Part shown: piece by piece, positions 28,115-37,472 of the stretch
How positions within the stretch are numbered: position 1 is the first letter of the stretch
Layout: each line of letters starts with the position of its first letter
IMG/VR virus record: IMGVR_UViG_3300028920_000001
Coordinates: 186,001-250,000 of that record
Strand: one strand, 5' to 3'
DNA: 64,000 nucleotides
The notes under the pieces: generated by a model
What the model was told of the DNA's origin: nothing
The model's input: only the letters and a program-made list of their open reading frames with translations
The model's database searches: none
Made by a program: the position numbers and the translations under genes

Positions 28115-28281
28115 TGCGTCAAATCCAAAAGCCGCATCCGAAAGACCAACGGTTCTGGCCTGGTTACCGCACGGCCATCAGCAAGCACTTGGCGCGTAAG
28201 CAGGGAATCATGGTCATCAAGTTGCGGCCTGTGAAGATAGAGGCCGAAGACTTGCTTGGCCTGCCGAAAATCCTACCCTAA
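28114..28281 (+). CDS. 55-aa mini-protein resembling a fragment of the MoxR-like ATPase
   Basis: GGAGG SD; ...VKIEAEDLLGLPKILP versus ATPase SVLEAPDLLGLPTV. Confidence 0.55.
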   Translation: MRQIQKPHPKDQRFWPGYRTAISKHLARKQGIMVIKLRPVKIEAEDLLGLPKILP

Positions 28282-28386
28282 AGCGAACAACCGCCAGCGA
28301 CACAGCCCGGACAGCGTAAGTTGTCCGGGTCGCCGCGTATCTGGCGTAGGGCTGCAAGTCTCACGTTCGTCATCGTACCAATCAGT

Positions 28387-28623
28387 ATGATGAACGCAAC
28401 CGACGTGATGACGAGCAGGTTTTCGAAGCCATCCCGAATTCAGCAATTTCGGACCATCAACGAAACCGAGACTGCTGGAACCGTGGATGGGTATGAAGTT
28501 GACCCACACACCGCGTTCATCGTCTGTAGTGTCTACGACAAGGTCAATTCCCAAAACCAGCAAGCACTTGATCAACTTTCTACCCGAGACCTGATCGCAG
28601 TTTCCATTCAAATGGTGATGTAA
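28387..28623 (+). CDS. hypothetical protein (leaderless)
   Basis: CGTA-N9-ATG. Confidence 0.6.
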   Translation: MMNATDVMTSRFSKPSRIQQFRTINETETAGTVDGYEVDPHTAFIVCSVYDKVNSQNQQALDQLSTRDLIAVSIQMVM

Positions 28624-28829
28624 GAACAACCAGGGCAGTTCGCCTCCAACCATACTGACCCTGACCTGCGCCCGATGTGCTTTCGCGTTGCCTCGCACAT
28701 CGGGCGCAAATTTATGAATTATATAGCATAAATTTGATTCATATATGCCATATATTGATAAATTAAGTAGAAAACTTGATAGTTATTTTAACCACGCAAA
28801 CAGTTCTGTTCGGGCCGTAAAGTTGATCG

Positions 28830-29282
28830 ATGACCGAGCCAACCTTGGATATTCTTATCTTGGATATTGATGGGGTCCTTAACACTCGTGAGGATCTTCT
28901 TCAAGAGGTTGAAATTACCAAAGTTTGCATGGATGAGCTAGAGCGGATCGTTGAGACTACTGGCTGCAAAATTGTGATTAGTAGCTCTTGGCGGTGCCTG
29001 GGTAAAAAGCACATCGTGCGCATGTTCAATCATGCGCTAGGTCGAGTCGGCTCAGCCGTTCGAGCCATCGTTGGTATGACCCCTAACCGACTCAAAAATA
29101 GCGATTTGAGAGGTGACGAGATTCAGGCTTGGCTAGACCAGAATCCGAACGTCGGTAAAATCGTCATTCTAGACGATGACGTTGATATGGGTCATTTAAT
29201 ACCTCATTTGGTCAGGACGGACCCGGCAGTAGGCTTGACGCCTGAAATCGCAGACGAGGTGATCAGTCGATTTCAGAACTAA
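28830..29282 (+). CDS. HAD-superfamily phosphatase (Swiss Army Knife RNA-repair-like HAD)
   Basis: LDIDGVLN, IVISSSWR, RGDEI..WL, VILDD. Confidence 0.85.
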   Translation: MTEPTLDILILDIDGVLNTREDLLQEVEITKVCMDELERIVETTGCKIVISSSWRCLGKKHIVRMFNHALGRVGSAVRAIVGMTPNRLKNSDLRGDEIQAWLDQNPNVGKIVILDDDVDMGHLIPHLVRTDPAVGLTPEIADEVISRFQN

Positions 29283-29363
29283 AGCCCGCTTATGTGCTCT
29301 AATAAGAAATTCTCGAGCTCCAGTTGACAACTGCTCGCGAGCTCGTCGAGTTGGAAAAAGTTG

Positions 29364-29437
29364 TGGGACCCGTCGGGTTCGAACCGACAACAGCCCGCTT
29401 ATGAGGCGGGGGCTCTGACCGATTGAGCTAGAGTCCC
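29364..29437 (-). tRNA. tRNA with CAU anticodon (elongator Met or Ile2)
   Basis: GGGACTC/GGGTCCC acceptor; CCCGC-CTCATAA-GCGGG; GGTTCGAACCC; paired 1:72, so not initiator. Confidence 0.88.
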
Positions 29438-29694
29438 TTGAGTTCAGAAAACCATACAGTAAAGCTTTGAATCAATTATGTGGGAAGAAATTGATTGAAA
29501 TATCCCTATATACTTTGAAGCCGAGCTTCAAAAATTCCCTCGATGAAGCTCGGCTCGGCGGAAATCTCAGTGTGGCCATCGTACCTATCGGTATGAAACG
29601 GAACGCGGCCAGCATTTGCATGTCGATCGCATACGTGTGCCTGCCGCCGATCTGCGGCCCTGTAGATGCGCGCATTTCGCGCGTATCAGAACAC

Positions 29695-29945
29695 GTGCGG
29701 ATAGCGAATTGACGCTAACACTCCGACTCCGGTACTATCCGGTTGAAATGTCACGAAAGCCACTGAGGTCCGGCAGGCTGAGTAAGTCCGGTGTCCCTTT
29801 GGTGAAGGCAGCCCCCGGAAGGAGAGAAACCTTCCGGGCGGTGGCTTATACGTCTGAGACTATCTTTGAAAACTAGCTTTTGAAGGTCCTTAGGAAAAGA
29901 AGCGTTAGATACTTTTGAGCCGGGCTCCGAAGAACCCGGCTCTAG
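29695..29945 (+). ncRNA. candidate structured non-coding RNA
   Basis: promoter motif 29664-29685 with no ATG or SD following; stems AAGCCAC/GTGGCTT and CCCGGAAGG/CCTTCCGGG; hairpin at about 29917-29942. Confidence 0.4.
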
Positions 29946-29961
29946 CTGGTGTTGGCGTAAA

Positions 29962-30357
29962 TCACACGCCGAACTTGGCGCGGATTTGCTCCTGGGCCTC
30001 TTCGTCCAGGTGCATCTGCTGCTCTGCCCGGAAATGGGCTGCGAGCTGCTTGGTGTAGCGGCAAGGGATCTCCTCGGCCTTCCCTTCCTCCTCTTCCGTC
30101 AGCTCCTCGCCCGAGATCACCTTCTCGGCGATCTTGCTGCCCCACACTGCGTGCGAGGACATGAAGCCACGACGGTTCTTGTACTTGGTATCCTTCTCAT
30201 CCCGCTCGTCTTCCGTCTGACGCCGGTACAGGACGAGGATGCACTGCAGACGGAAGTCCGCATCCTCTTCCAGACGTGCCTTGACCTGCGCCTTGGTCAC
30301 GTACGGGTAGGAGTTGGTGGGGTTGGTGTTGATTGCAAAAGTCGGTTGGTTGCTCAT
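29962..30357 (-). CDS. RQTEDE...GFMSSHA family, paralogue 2
   Basis: highly similar to 37473-37874; promoter and GGAGG upstream. Confidence 0.85.
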   Translation of the reverse strand: MSNQPTFAINTNPTNSYPYVTKAQVKARLEEDADFRLQCILVLYRRQTEDERDEKDTKYKNRRGFMSSHAVWGSKIAEKVISGEELTEEEEGKAEEIPCRYTKQLAAHFRAEQQMHLDEEAQEQIRAKFGV

Positions 30358-30490
30358 GGTTGCGTTACCTCCAGTGTCCGATACGTTGCGCAGCAGGAGA
30401 CTTCCGGCAGCGGAAATGAGCAGCAACCAAACGTAAACGCTGATGGGGAAGAGTAGCAGCAGCGCGAATTAACTGATTTTAAATACTTTT

Positions 30491-30552
30491 CCCCGAAGCG
30501 TTCCTACTTCGTCCGGGTTTATCACTCTGTGTGAAATTACCGTCCGCTTCAA
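30491..30552 (-). ncRNA. conserved structured RNA motif, copy 1
   Basis: similar to 37979-38040; own promoter AAGT-N14-CGTA. Confidence 0.55.
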
Positions 30553-30849
30553 TCAAGTGTACGCATCAACTTGATCAACTTGCGGATTTTATAGGTCTAT
30601 GCCTAAAGAAAACAAACATCTTGGACGGCAGGACACCGCTCCCTCCCGCAGGAACCGTCTGGTTCAGAAGCGTTTGGTTCGTCCTGCCGCCAGGCCCTTA
30701 CTGTCGCTCACTGCGCCCCGTCGGAACGGATTACGTGAACCGGGAACCCACAGACTGTTACGCGGCAATTGATCGCATTTCCGCCTGTCTTTTGAAGGTG
30801 ATCCCCTAAAGCCAAAGAAAATGCGCCCATTTCGCGCGTAAAAAGGAAC

Positions 30850-31056
30850 ATGCGAGTTTCTCAGTTGATCGACGCTTTGAGCAAGCTGGACCAAGACGCG
30901 TTCGTTCGAGTTTCGGTTGGATGGGCTGCAGACACGGCCATCAGCAGTCGGTACGACGATACGTTGACGGTAGTGGCCAAAGGAGACACCGTGGAGATCG
31001 GTGGTTGGCTTCCCAACTGTGGCACTGAGTTGGAAATCTACGAGGACGAAGAATAA
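30850..31056 (+). CDS. hypothetical protein
   Basis: CGTA-N9-ATG. Confidence 0.7.
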   Translation: MRVSQLIDALSKLDQDAFVRVSVGWAADTAISSRYDDTLTVVAKGDTVEIGGWLPNCGTELEIYEDEE

Positions 31057-31280
31057 TGGCGGACAAAACCGAGGACGTCAGCGAAGAGATCCGTGTGTTC
31101 ATGGCCGAACGCCTGGCCCCGACTCAGATTTTGCTCGATTCTCTTCAAAAGCTGACCGAATACGACGACGTCGACTGGGATCAAGTCGAAGAAGAGGTGC
31201 TAGCTGCAGGGGACCGGCTAGCTGAAAGCTTGTTAGGCGAAATCAAAGACAAGCTGGAAGTGGACGAGGACGGCGAGTAA
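31056..31280 (+). CDS. acidic hypothetical protein
   Basis: TAATG coupling. Confidence 0.7.
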   Translation: MADKTEDVSEEIRVFMAERLAPTQILLDSLQKLTEYDDVDWDQVEEEVLAAGDRLAESLLGEIKDKLEVDEDGE

Positions 31281-31364
31281 ACAGGACTGAGGTCGCCGTT
31301 TCATTGCGGGTAAGCTCCTCAAAGACGGGCCGGAGATCATCCGGCCCGAGCCGTATCTCTCATC

Positions 31365-31652
31365 ATGGCCAATTCGATTGTTTGTTTCAGGCTCAGAAAA
31401 GGTGAAGCACCGGAGCTTGCTTCACCGACCATCTATCGAAATTGGAAGCGAGCCGTTCGAATCAACCTGGGCACCAAGGGCACCAAGGGACGTTTGGTCC
31501 TCGAAACCCAAAACAGCAAGGTCTTCGAGGCTGACGATTTGATTTGGGTTGGTGACGGATACGGCCCCTGTCATCTGGTTTTCTTGGATGTTGAGGCAGA
31601 CTTCCAAGAAACCTTGGCCTCTATTCGCAAACGAATACCGTCCGCAGATTGA
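31365..31652 (+). CDS. hypothetical protein
   Basis: CGTA-N9-ATG. Confidence 0.7.
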   Translation: MANSIVCFRLRKGEAPELASPTIYRNWKRAVRINLGTKGTKGRLVLETQNSKVFEADDLIWVGDGYGPCHLVFLDVEADFQETLASIRKRIPSAD

Positions 31653-31686
31653 CGCACAGCACGCGTATCTTTGACTGGAGGCACAC

Positions 31687-31896
31687 GTGAGAATTAAGGA
31701 CTTGCTCGCCCGGTTAGTGCACTATGATCCTGAAATGGAGGTTGTAGTGGTCAACGAAGAGACTGGCAGGCTGGAAGAGGCTTGCCTCGTCCAGGTTTGT
31801 AACACCAACCTTGTGCCAGACACGGGCGAAGAACAAGAAGGACCATTCCTAGTCATAAACTGGGTGCCAGACTGGGTGCCAGACGAAACTCGGTAA
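31687..31896 (+). CDS. hypothetical protein
   Basis: cassette promoter and SD. Confidence 0.75.
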   Translation: MRIKDLLARLVHYDPEMEVVVVNEETGRLEEACLVQVCNTNLVPDTGEEQEGPFLVINWVPDWVPDETR

Positions 31897-31934
31897 ATCT
31901 CACGCTAGTCCGCGTATCCGGGACTGGAGGCAAC

Positions 31935-32237
31935 ATGCAGGCTCAGATTCATTCAGCAACATACTGCGACAAAGATGAAGCAGTGTGGTCTGGATACGAC
32001 CCGGATCACGCACACCATGTGTTGACCCCAGAAGGTAGCCTTCTCGTCGTCCGCAACGACGAGGACGGCCCTGTGGTCTTTGCCCTACCCGGGGCCACGA
32101 ACAAGCTTATGGCGGCCGTCGAGCAGTTCCTTTCCCCGGACCCGGCAACGGGAGACGTGAGCTACGACGAGTCTGCATTCGACAGCTCTGCCCACACGGC
32201 AGCCCAGTTGTTGGCGGATTACCTACAAAACAAGTAA
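31935..32237 (+). CDS. hypothetical protein
   Basis: cassette promoter and SD. Confidence 0.75.
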   Translation: MQAQIHSATYCDKDEAVWSGYDPDHAHHVLTPEGSLLVVRNDEDGPVVFALPGATNKLMAAVEQFLSPDPATGDVSYDESAFDSSAHTAAQLLADYLQNK

Positions 32238-32281
32238 GGAAATCGCGCGTCAGCACGCGTATCCACGTCTGGAGGCAACAC

Positions 32282-32503
32282 GTGGATTTGACGATCATCA
32301 TCCTGTACGACGATGGGCTGTGTGAACACTACGTTGGTGCTTGGCCTGGCCCAATCCCTTCGGACGTAAGAAAAAGCCTGGCGAGGCAGTACCGGGCCGT
32401 CATTGACGGCGAACCTGGTTCTCACGAAGAGAATGCTCGTACCATCAGCTTCCGTGAAGTCCGGGCTGGTGCAGGTGATTTGGTCAACATCTGGAACTCG
32501 TAG
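32282..32503 (+). CDS. hypothetical protein
   Basis: cassette promoter and SD. Confidence 0.75.
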   Translation: MDLTIIILYDDGLCEHYVGAWPGPIPSDVRKSLARQYRAVIDGEPGSHEENARTISFREVRAGAGDLVNIWNS

Positions 32504-32541
32504 ATTCTACGCAAGCACGTGTATCCGTGACTGGAGGTAAT

Positions 32542-32817
32542 GTGGCGAAACCGAAATACGAAGCACTTCAAATCGACGACGCTTGCTGCGAACTCATCGC
32601 ACTCGACAAGGTAGTCCAAGTCGGATCCTGTCTCATCGGTATACTGGGAGGCAGAGCCGGTCAGTATACGCTCATTGGTCCAGCCGATGAGGTCAAGATG
32701 GTCAAGATGCTCTACGATGAGCACGAAAAGGAACTGAACGCACGGGAAGAGGATTACGACGAAGACGAGGGTGAATGGTTCGATTTGGTTCAAATCGCTC
32801 GTAAAGCGTTAGAGTAA
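32542..32817 (+). CDS. hypothetical protein
   Basis: cassette promoter and SD. Confidence 0.7.
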   Translation: MAKPKYEALQIDDACCELIALDKVVQVGSCLIGILGGRAGQYTLIGPADEVKMVKMLYDEHEKELNAREEDYDEDEGEWFDLVQIARKALE

Positions 32818-32855
32818 ATCACGCGCCAGTATACGTATCCGTGGGTGGAGGCGAC

Positions 32856-33077
32856 ATGCGATACGTAAGAATCAACTGTAACGTGAGCCCGGCCCGATAC
32901 AGCGGAACCCTATATGCGGGCACTGTGGCCACAGTGCGCGTTGTGAAGAGGTGGCAGCTGAAGATCGAGCTGCATGATGGCAATTGCTACTGGTTATACA
33001 AAGACCAGGTGGACGAAATCACACAGCAGGAATACGCAGCACAGCATCCGGTGATGGAGGCAACACATGAAACCTGA
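32856..33077 (+). CDS. SH3-like protein with degenerate IMES-like tail
   Basis: ends EITQQEYAAQHPVMEATHET. Confidence 0.65.
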   Translation: MRYVRINCNVSPARYSGTLYAGTVATVRVVKRWQLKIELHDGNCYWLYKDQVDEITQQEYAAQHPVMEATHET

Positions 33078-33348
33078 GCAAGTTCGCGAAGCGATCGAAG
33101 CGGTCTACGAGGTCCGGGACTATTCGGGTCGTGCCATGTTCGGCAAGCAGTGTGTGGGCATCGAGGTAGATGACCCAACCAAGGCCATACTCGAAATCGT
33201 GGAGGAGTTCTACCGGTCCACGGACACGGAAGAAGAGCCAGGCGCACTTCCGGACTTGTGCTACGAACTGAAGAATCATCGGGTTGATATGATGGGTCTC
33301 GGCAGCATCCTCTACTGGCCCAGCATCCCGTGGGAAGCGGACGAGTAG
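33067..33348 (+). CDS. hypothetical protein
   Basis: YSGRAMFGKQC...DMMG...YWP; SD. Confidence 0.75.
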   Translation: MKPEQVREAIEAVYEVRDYSGRAMFGKQCVGIEVDDPTKAILEIVEEFYRSTDTEEEPGALPDLCYELKNHRVDMMGLGSILYWPSIPWEADE

Positions 33349-33388
33349 ATCTCGCGCCAGCACGCGTATCGGTGAGTGGAGGCAACAC

Positions 33389-33802
33389 ATGGCGCAGATC
33401 ATCAGCAGGCGAGAGCACCACGAAGAGAAGGTCTACAACCTGGCCTTTCATTGGCGGGACGACCCGGGTGCCGGTTTTTCCTTCCCGTGTGACAAGGACG
33501 GGAACGTGGACGAAGACCACGTTCCCGAGAGCTATTACAAGTGCCTAAGCGGCGAATACGACGTCGTGGCTGATGGGGTAGTCTGCTACACCCATCGGTG
33601 GACGTCGCCAACCGTCATCAGGTGCACTTGTGGCGCAGAGGTGGAACTGTACGGATTCACGAACACCTGCCACGTATGTGAGGCCGACTACAACATGAGC
33701 GGCCAGAGGTTGGCTCCTCGATGCCAATGGGGTGAGGAAACCGGCGAGTCACTGTCGGACATCATGGCTGCGGACACCGACCCATGGGGAGGCGACTACT
33801 GA
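33389..33802 (+). CDS. hypothetical Zn-binding protein
   Basis: cassette promoter; CTCG...CHVC. Confidence 0.75.
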   Translation: MAQIISRREHHEEKVYNLAFHWRDDPGAGFSFPCDKDGNVDEDHVPESYYKCLSGEYDVVADGVVCYTHRWTSPTVIRCTCGAEVELYGFTNTCHVCEADYNMSGQRLAPRCQWGEETGESLSDIMAADTDPWGGDY

Positions 33803-34023
33803 TGGCGTGCTATCAGCGTGAACAAACCGGCAACTGCAACCACCATCAGTGTCAGTTCAGTTCGGATACTGATCACGGATACGAATGCGTGGAACTAGCT
33901 TCCGGTTTCTGTGAATGTGGTGAAGACTGCCTCGCCAAGTGTCCTCACTCTTGGCGAACTTCTGCTCGGGCAGAACAGGCAGACACAGCTTTTCGCAGGA
34001 AGTACCCAGAAATCAAATTGTAG
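33802..34023 (+). CDS. Cys-rich hypothetical protein
   Basis: coupled ORF with GGAGG. Confidence 0.6.
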   Translation: MACYQREQTGNCNHHQCQFSSDTDHGYECVELASGFCECGEDCLAKCPHSWRTSARAEQADTAFRRKYPEIKL

Positions 34024-34061
34024 ATCTTGCGCCAATCCGCGTATCCGTGATTGGAGGCAAC

Positions 34062-34271
34062 ATGAGCCACGTCACTCTGAATCAGGAAGAGGCTGAACAA
34101 GCCTCCAACTTCCTGTCTGCATACAGCGCTTACTTGGATAACCACGGATACAAACATGATCCGGATTGGAAGACCAAGATAGACCAAGCTGAAAAGCTGA
34201 TTGATATCCTGGAAGGACGACGACCCTGCGCTGAGTGTGGTTACTACCCTTGCTGTTGTGAGGCGACATGA
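34062..34271 (+). CDS. hypothetical protein
   Basis: cassette promoter and SD. Confidence 0.7.
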   Translation: MSHVTLNQEEAEQASNFLSAYSAYLDNHGYKHDPDWKTKIDQAEKLIDILEGRRPCAECGYYPCCCEAT

Positions 34272-34519
34272 CGTACCAAGTCTTCTATACCAACCACGGA
34301 TACTACAGCTCAGAGCAACCGGTCAATTTCCAGGATGCCCTGACCGTGGCGCGTGCCAGCGGTTTCGAAGCCCGAATCGACAGAGACGGGCAGCCTATTG
34401 GTGCCTGGTCTCCCTTGTACGGCTACAGGTCACTGTTCTACGTCCGGTTCTTCGGGGAGCTACCCACCGAAGCCGAAATTGACGTGGCTTTCGAAGAACT
34501 GAGACAATTCGGCTGGTAG
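34268..34519 (+). CDS. hypothetical protein
   Basis: SD, ATGA overlap. Confidence 0.7.
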   Translation: MTYQVFYTNHGYYSSEQPVNFQDALTVARASGFEARIDRDGQPIGAWSPLYGYRSLFYVRFFGELPTEAEIDVAFEELRQFGW

Positions 34520-34558
34520 ATTTCACGCTAGGCGTTGTATCCTTGACCGGAGGCGACG

Positions 34559-34711
34559 ATGGCACGGACCCAGAAGCAGACCAAACCCCGGAAGACCCGC
34601 AATATGATCGCCTTCGGGCTGATCGTCCAGGGTCGAAATCGGGTGATGCGTGACCGGCGTAAGCGCCGACCTGGCGATCGTACCGACAACTGGCGCAAGG
34701 AGCTGGACTGA
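34559..34711 (+). CDS. 50-aa Arg/Lys-rich protein
   Basis: cassette promoter and SD; MARTQKQTKPRK... Confidence 0.65.
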   Translation: MARTQKQTKPRKTRNMIAFGLIVQGRNRVMRDRRKRRPGDRTDNWRKELD

Positions 34712-35135
34712 TGCGAATCAAGCTTGGTGATCTTGTCAGAGTGGTTCAAGGAAGAAGGACGTGCAGCACTCACGAGCTGGCACGTTTGCTTCTGGAGCTA
34801 CCGGAGACCCCTATCCGAAAAGTGGAGCAGACCGTAGCTTGGTCCGGTCCTCTAGCAAAGGAAGAGGACGTCCAGATTGGCGTCCGAGCTTGGTAAGTTC
34901 ATTCCGTCCAATCGTCGAAGGCATTTGGAAAGGACTAACCCGTGGGAGCAAAGCTGACGATTGAGCAAGACCGTCTTGGTTGGTGGTGTGCGTACGAGCA
35001 CAGCCCGATTCCAGGCCAAGGAAAACGCATCGTCGTTGCCCGTAAGGACCGGAAGGAAGCAGAACGCGATGCCCGGACGTTCCTCAAGAAGGAACGTGAT
35101 GGGTCTATCTTCAAAGCAGAGCGATCGGTGGTGGG

Positions 35136-35498
35136 CGCGTAGATCGCCAGTCATCTGGCGTAAAGGCGAACATGACACTGCATGAACAACTTAAGACCCT
35201 GAATGATGATTTCGGGGTTGTCACTCACACCCGTGACAAGGATGAATTCAGCAGTGGGGAATTGTGGGACAACCTCGTATATACCTGCTTGCAAAGGCAG
35301 AGGCATGAACAAGTGCATCTTTCCTTTGTGATTAGGTATGATGCGTTGGGTGTTGTTGCCTATGACACCGTAGTCACGACCAAAATGATCACTCAGGAGC
35401 AAGCTCGTCAGTACCTTGACTTACTGAATCAAGTCACTGAAAAGGAAGAACAAGAAGACGCGTAGATCGCCAGTCATCTGGCGTAAAGGCGAACATGA
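35136..35498 (+). repeat. exact 40-bp direct repeat (35136-35175, 35459-35498) flanking one gene
   Basis: CGCGTAGATCGCCAGTCATCTGGCGTAAAGGCGAACATGA twice. Confidence 0.9.
35172..35465 (+). CDS. hypothetical protein
   Basis: between the 40-bp repeats. Confidence 0.75.
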   Translation: MTLHEQLKTLNDDFGVVTHTRDKDEFSSGELWDNLVYTCLQRQRHEQVHLSFVIRYDALGVVAYDTVVTTKMITQEQARQYLDLLNQVTEKEEQEDA

Positions 35499-35944
35499 GG
35501 CAGGCATTGATCACGGCAAGTCAGCAGAAGCCACTTCCGCCTTGGGTGCGGGATGTGGCAGATGCCGCCAGGGCTGGCGGAACTCTTGTTCCGGAATCCA
35601 CCTGGACCTGGCTTGGTGCCTGGCTGGCCACCCTAGCGGAAACCGAGCTGGACCTAGAGGATTGTCTCCCTCAGATCCTGTCGGCCGAATTCATCTATCT
35701 CCAGAACCACGCTAGATCCCAGGACCACCGAGAGTGGATCGAGGACCAGCTTCACCGAATCCAGGACGAAAACCCGGGCCAAACTGTTTGGTTCATTCCG
35801 GTTGACGAGCTGCTCTGCCTCCATCTGCAGGATGAGTACGGCAGTGACGGAATCCAGCTGGAGCGACTGGTGTTCGTGGGGACCGAACCCGAGCTACTTG
35901 CGGCCATTCATCAATTGACGCACGTCGACCTGCCGGTGCCGTAA
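35495..35944 (+). CDS. hypothetical protein
   Basis: cassette promoter. Confidence 0.75.
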   Translation: MRQALITASQQKPLPPWVRDVADAARAGGTLVPESTWTWLGAWLATLAETELDLEDCLPQILSAEFIYLQNHARSQDHREWIEDQLHRIQDENPGQTVWFIPVDELLCLHLQDEYGSDGIQLERLVFVGTEPELLAAIHQLTHVDLPVP

Positions 35945-35959
35945 ACACAAGAGGAAAGC

Positions 35960-36211
35960 ATGGCTGAAGCTGTTCGTCACCCGTACGATTTATGGGATGT
36001 CCTCAAAGGCCGAGTCATCGTGGCGGCAGATGAATGCAAAAGTCTGTTCGTCACCTGGAACCGGTCAGACACCTTTCAGGTCTTCTACGTAGATAAAGGA
36101 TTCGAGGACGTAACGTACCGCGAATGTCAAATTGCAACCGGATTCGACGTCCCAAGAAACGATCTCGAAGCGGCAATCCACGTCGCCGAGCAGCTTCTAC
36201 GAGAAAGCTAG
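35960..36211 (+). CDS. hypothetical protein
   Basis: GAGG SD. Confidence 0.7.
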   Translation: MAEAVRHPYDLWDVLKGRVIVAADECKSLFVTWNRSDTFQVFYVDKGFEDVTYRECQIATGFDVPRNDLEAAIHVAEQLLRES

Positions 36212-36305
36212 GCAGGTGTGATTGGTGCGGAGGCCGAATCGTTGAGGGTGACGAGGTTCACCCCGGTTATCGAGGCTGGCCCTGTTGCGAAGACTGTAAG
36301 GCGGT

Positions 36306-36551
36306 GTGATGGCTGTCGAGTACTTGATCGGTGAGGTTCCAGGAAGCGTGGAGGAACGGGTGGCGTTGGTAGACAGCGTTACCAGCGTCTGTGTGCCGGT
36401 TCACACCTTCAGAAGCCCGGAAGCGGCCGAGGATTTTCTCACGTACGTACGTGAAAACCAAGCTGGTGTTGACGTACGCCAGCTCAACCAACGGACCCTC
36501 AGCGGTTTGTGGAACAATTGGTGGGAAGAACGCGGCAAATCCCTGGCATAG
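36306..36551 (+). CDS. hypothetical protein
   Basis: ORF in run. Confidence 0.65.
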   Translation: MMAVEYLIGEVPGSVEERVALVDSVTSVCVPVHTFRSPEAAEDFLTYVRENQAGVDVRQLNQRTLSGLWNNWWEERGKSLA

Positions 36552-36681
36552 GGTTTAAAGAAATATATACCATATATTGCTGCCATCATGGCCTCTGATG
36601 CGGTCTTGACCGCAATCATTTTGGTAGGAAGTTGGTACCGACTCTCGCGTAAGCCAGCTGCCTAGTCGCGTATCCAACAAC

Positions 36682-36855
36682 ATGACGAGGCTACTCATAG
36701 CTCTGTTAGTGGCAGTTGGGCTTTACATCTTGCTGTTCATCTTCTTACCCATCACCCAGGAAACGGCCGTCGTCATCCCCCTACTCGGCAAGTTCGAGTG
36801 GTCCTTTGGTGGGCTAGGGTGTACGGGCATTTTCGCGATCATTATGGGGAAGTGA
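36682..36855 (+). CDS. small membrane protein
   Basis: CGTA-N9-ATG; hydrophobic. Confidence 0.6.
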   Translation: MTRLLIALLVAVGLYILLFIFLPITQETAVVIPLLGKFEWSFGGLGCTGIFAIIMGK

Positions 36856-36890
36856 GCGTAAATTTTAGGGTGGGGATCGTAGAAAAACCT

Positions 36891-37283
36891 ATGCTAAGAT
36901 TCGCTGCGATATATATCCTAACCATCGTTGTCAGTCTCCCATTGATGATTGCGGGAGGAGTGTGGGCAGCGCAAGCATACTTAGAACATAAGCAAGAAAT
37001 ATCTACCCAGGAGCCAGCTCCATTACCTGTCCTAGTTCTTCCTAAGACTACTACAGTCTCGGCTCCCTCGGCTCAGCCAACTGCCTCTGCAAAGCCGGCT
37101 CGAGAGAAACCTAAGCTCCACCCGACCAAGCCACGTTTTATCCGTAAAGCTCCCAAGCGGAAGCACGGACCGTGCTTTTACGGGGCGAATGGTCAATGCT
37201 ATCCGATAGACGCCTACTCAAACTGGCGTGCAACACCAGTGATGCGTCCAGACGGCACCTATCCGGAGCCCGGCGAATACTGA
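36891..37283 (+). CDS. membrane-anchored Pro/Ala-rich protein
   Basis: N-terminal TM segment, Pro-rich linker, CFYGANGQC. Confidence 0.65.
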   Translation: MLRFAAIYILTIVVSLPLMIAGGVWAAQAYLEHKQEISTQEPAPLPVLVLPKTTTVSAPSAQPTASAKPAREKPKLHPTKPRFIRKAPKRKHGPCFYGANGQCYPIDAYSNWRATPVMRPDGTYPEPGEY

Positions 37284-37472
37284 GATAGTCGTCCTCCTAC
37301 GGGCGTGCCACGGGTTGGTTACCGCTGGCCGGCCAAGGCACCAATATGCTGTGGTCTTGGACACCGCTGCACATATGATACTGTAGTGATAGCGGACGGC
37401 TATCCCACTTGAGTGTACGCTTGAGCCCGGCCAACTTCCGTCAGCCGGGCTCTGTGGGTTGGGTTGTCGGGA

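Noticed and set aside
29283-29403. 12-bp repeat AGCCCGCTTATG duplicating part of the tRNA anticodon arm as an att site
   Set aside because: Short, only about 110 bp apart, and no integrase or inserted element between the copies.
31646-35500. Regularly spaced repeats as a CRISPR array or integron attC array
   Set aside because: Repeats are degenerate, the spacers are whole 200-450 bp ORFs, no cas or integrase gene is in the window, and there is no consistent attC palindrome.
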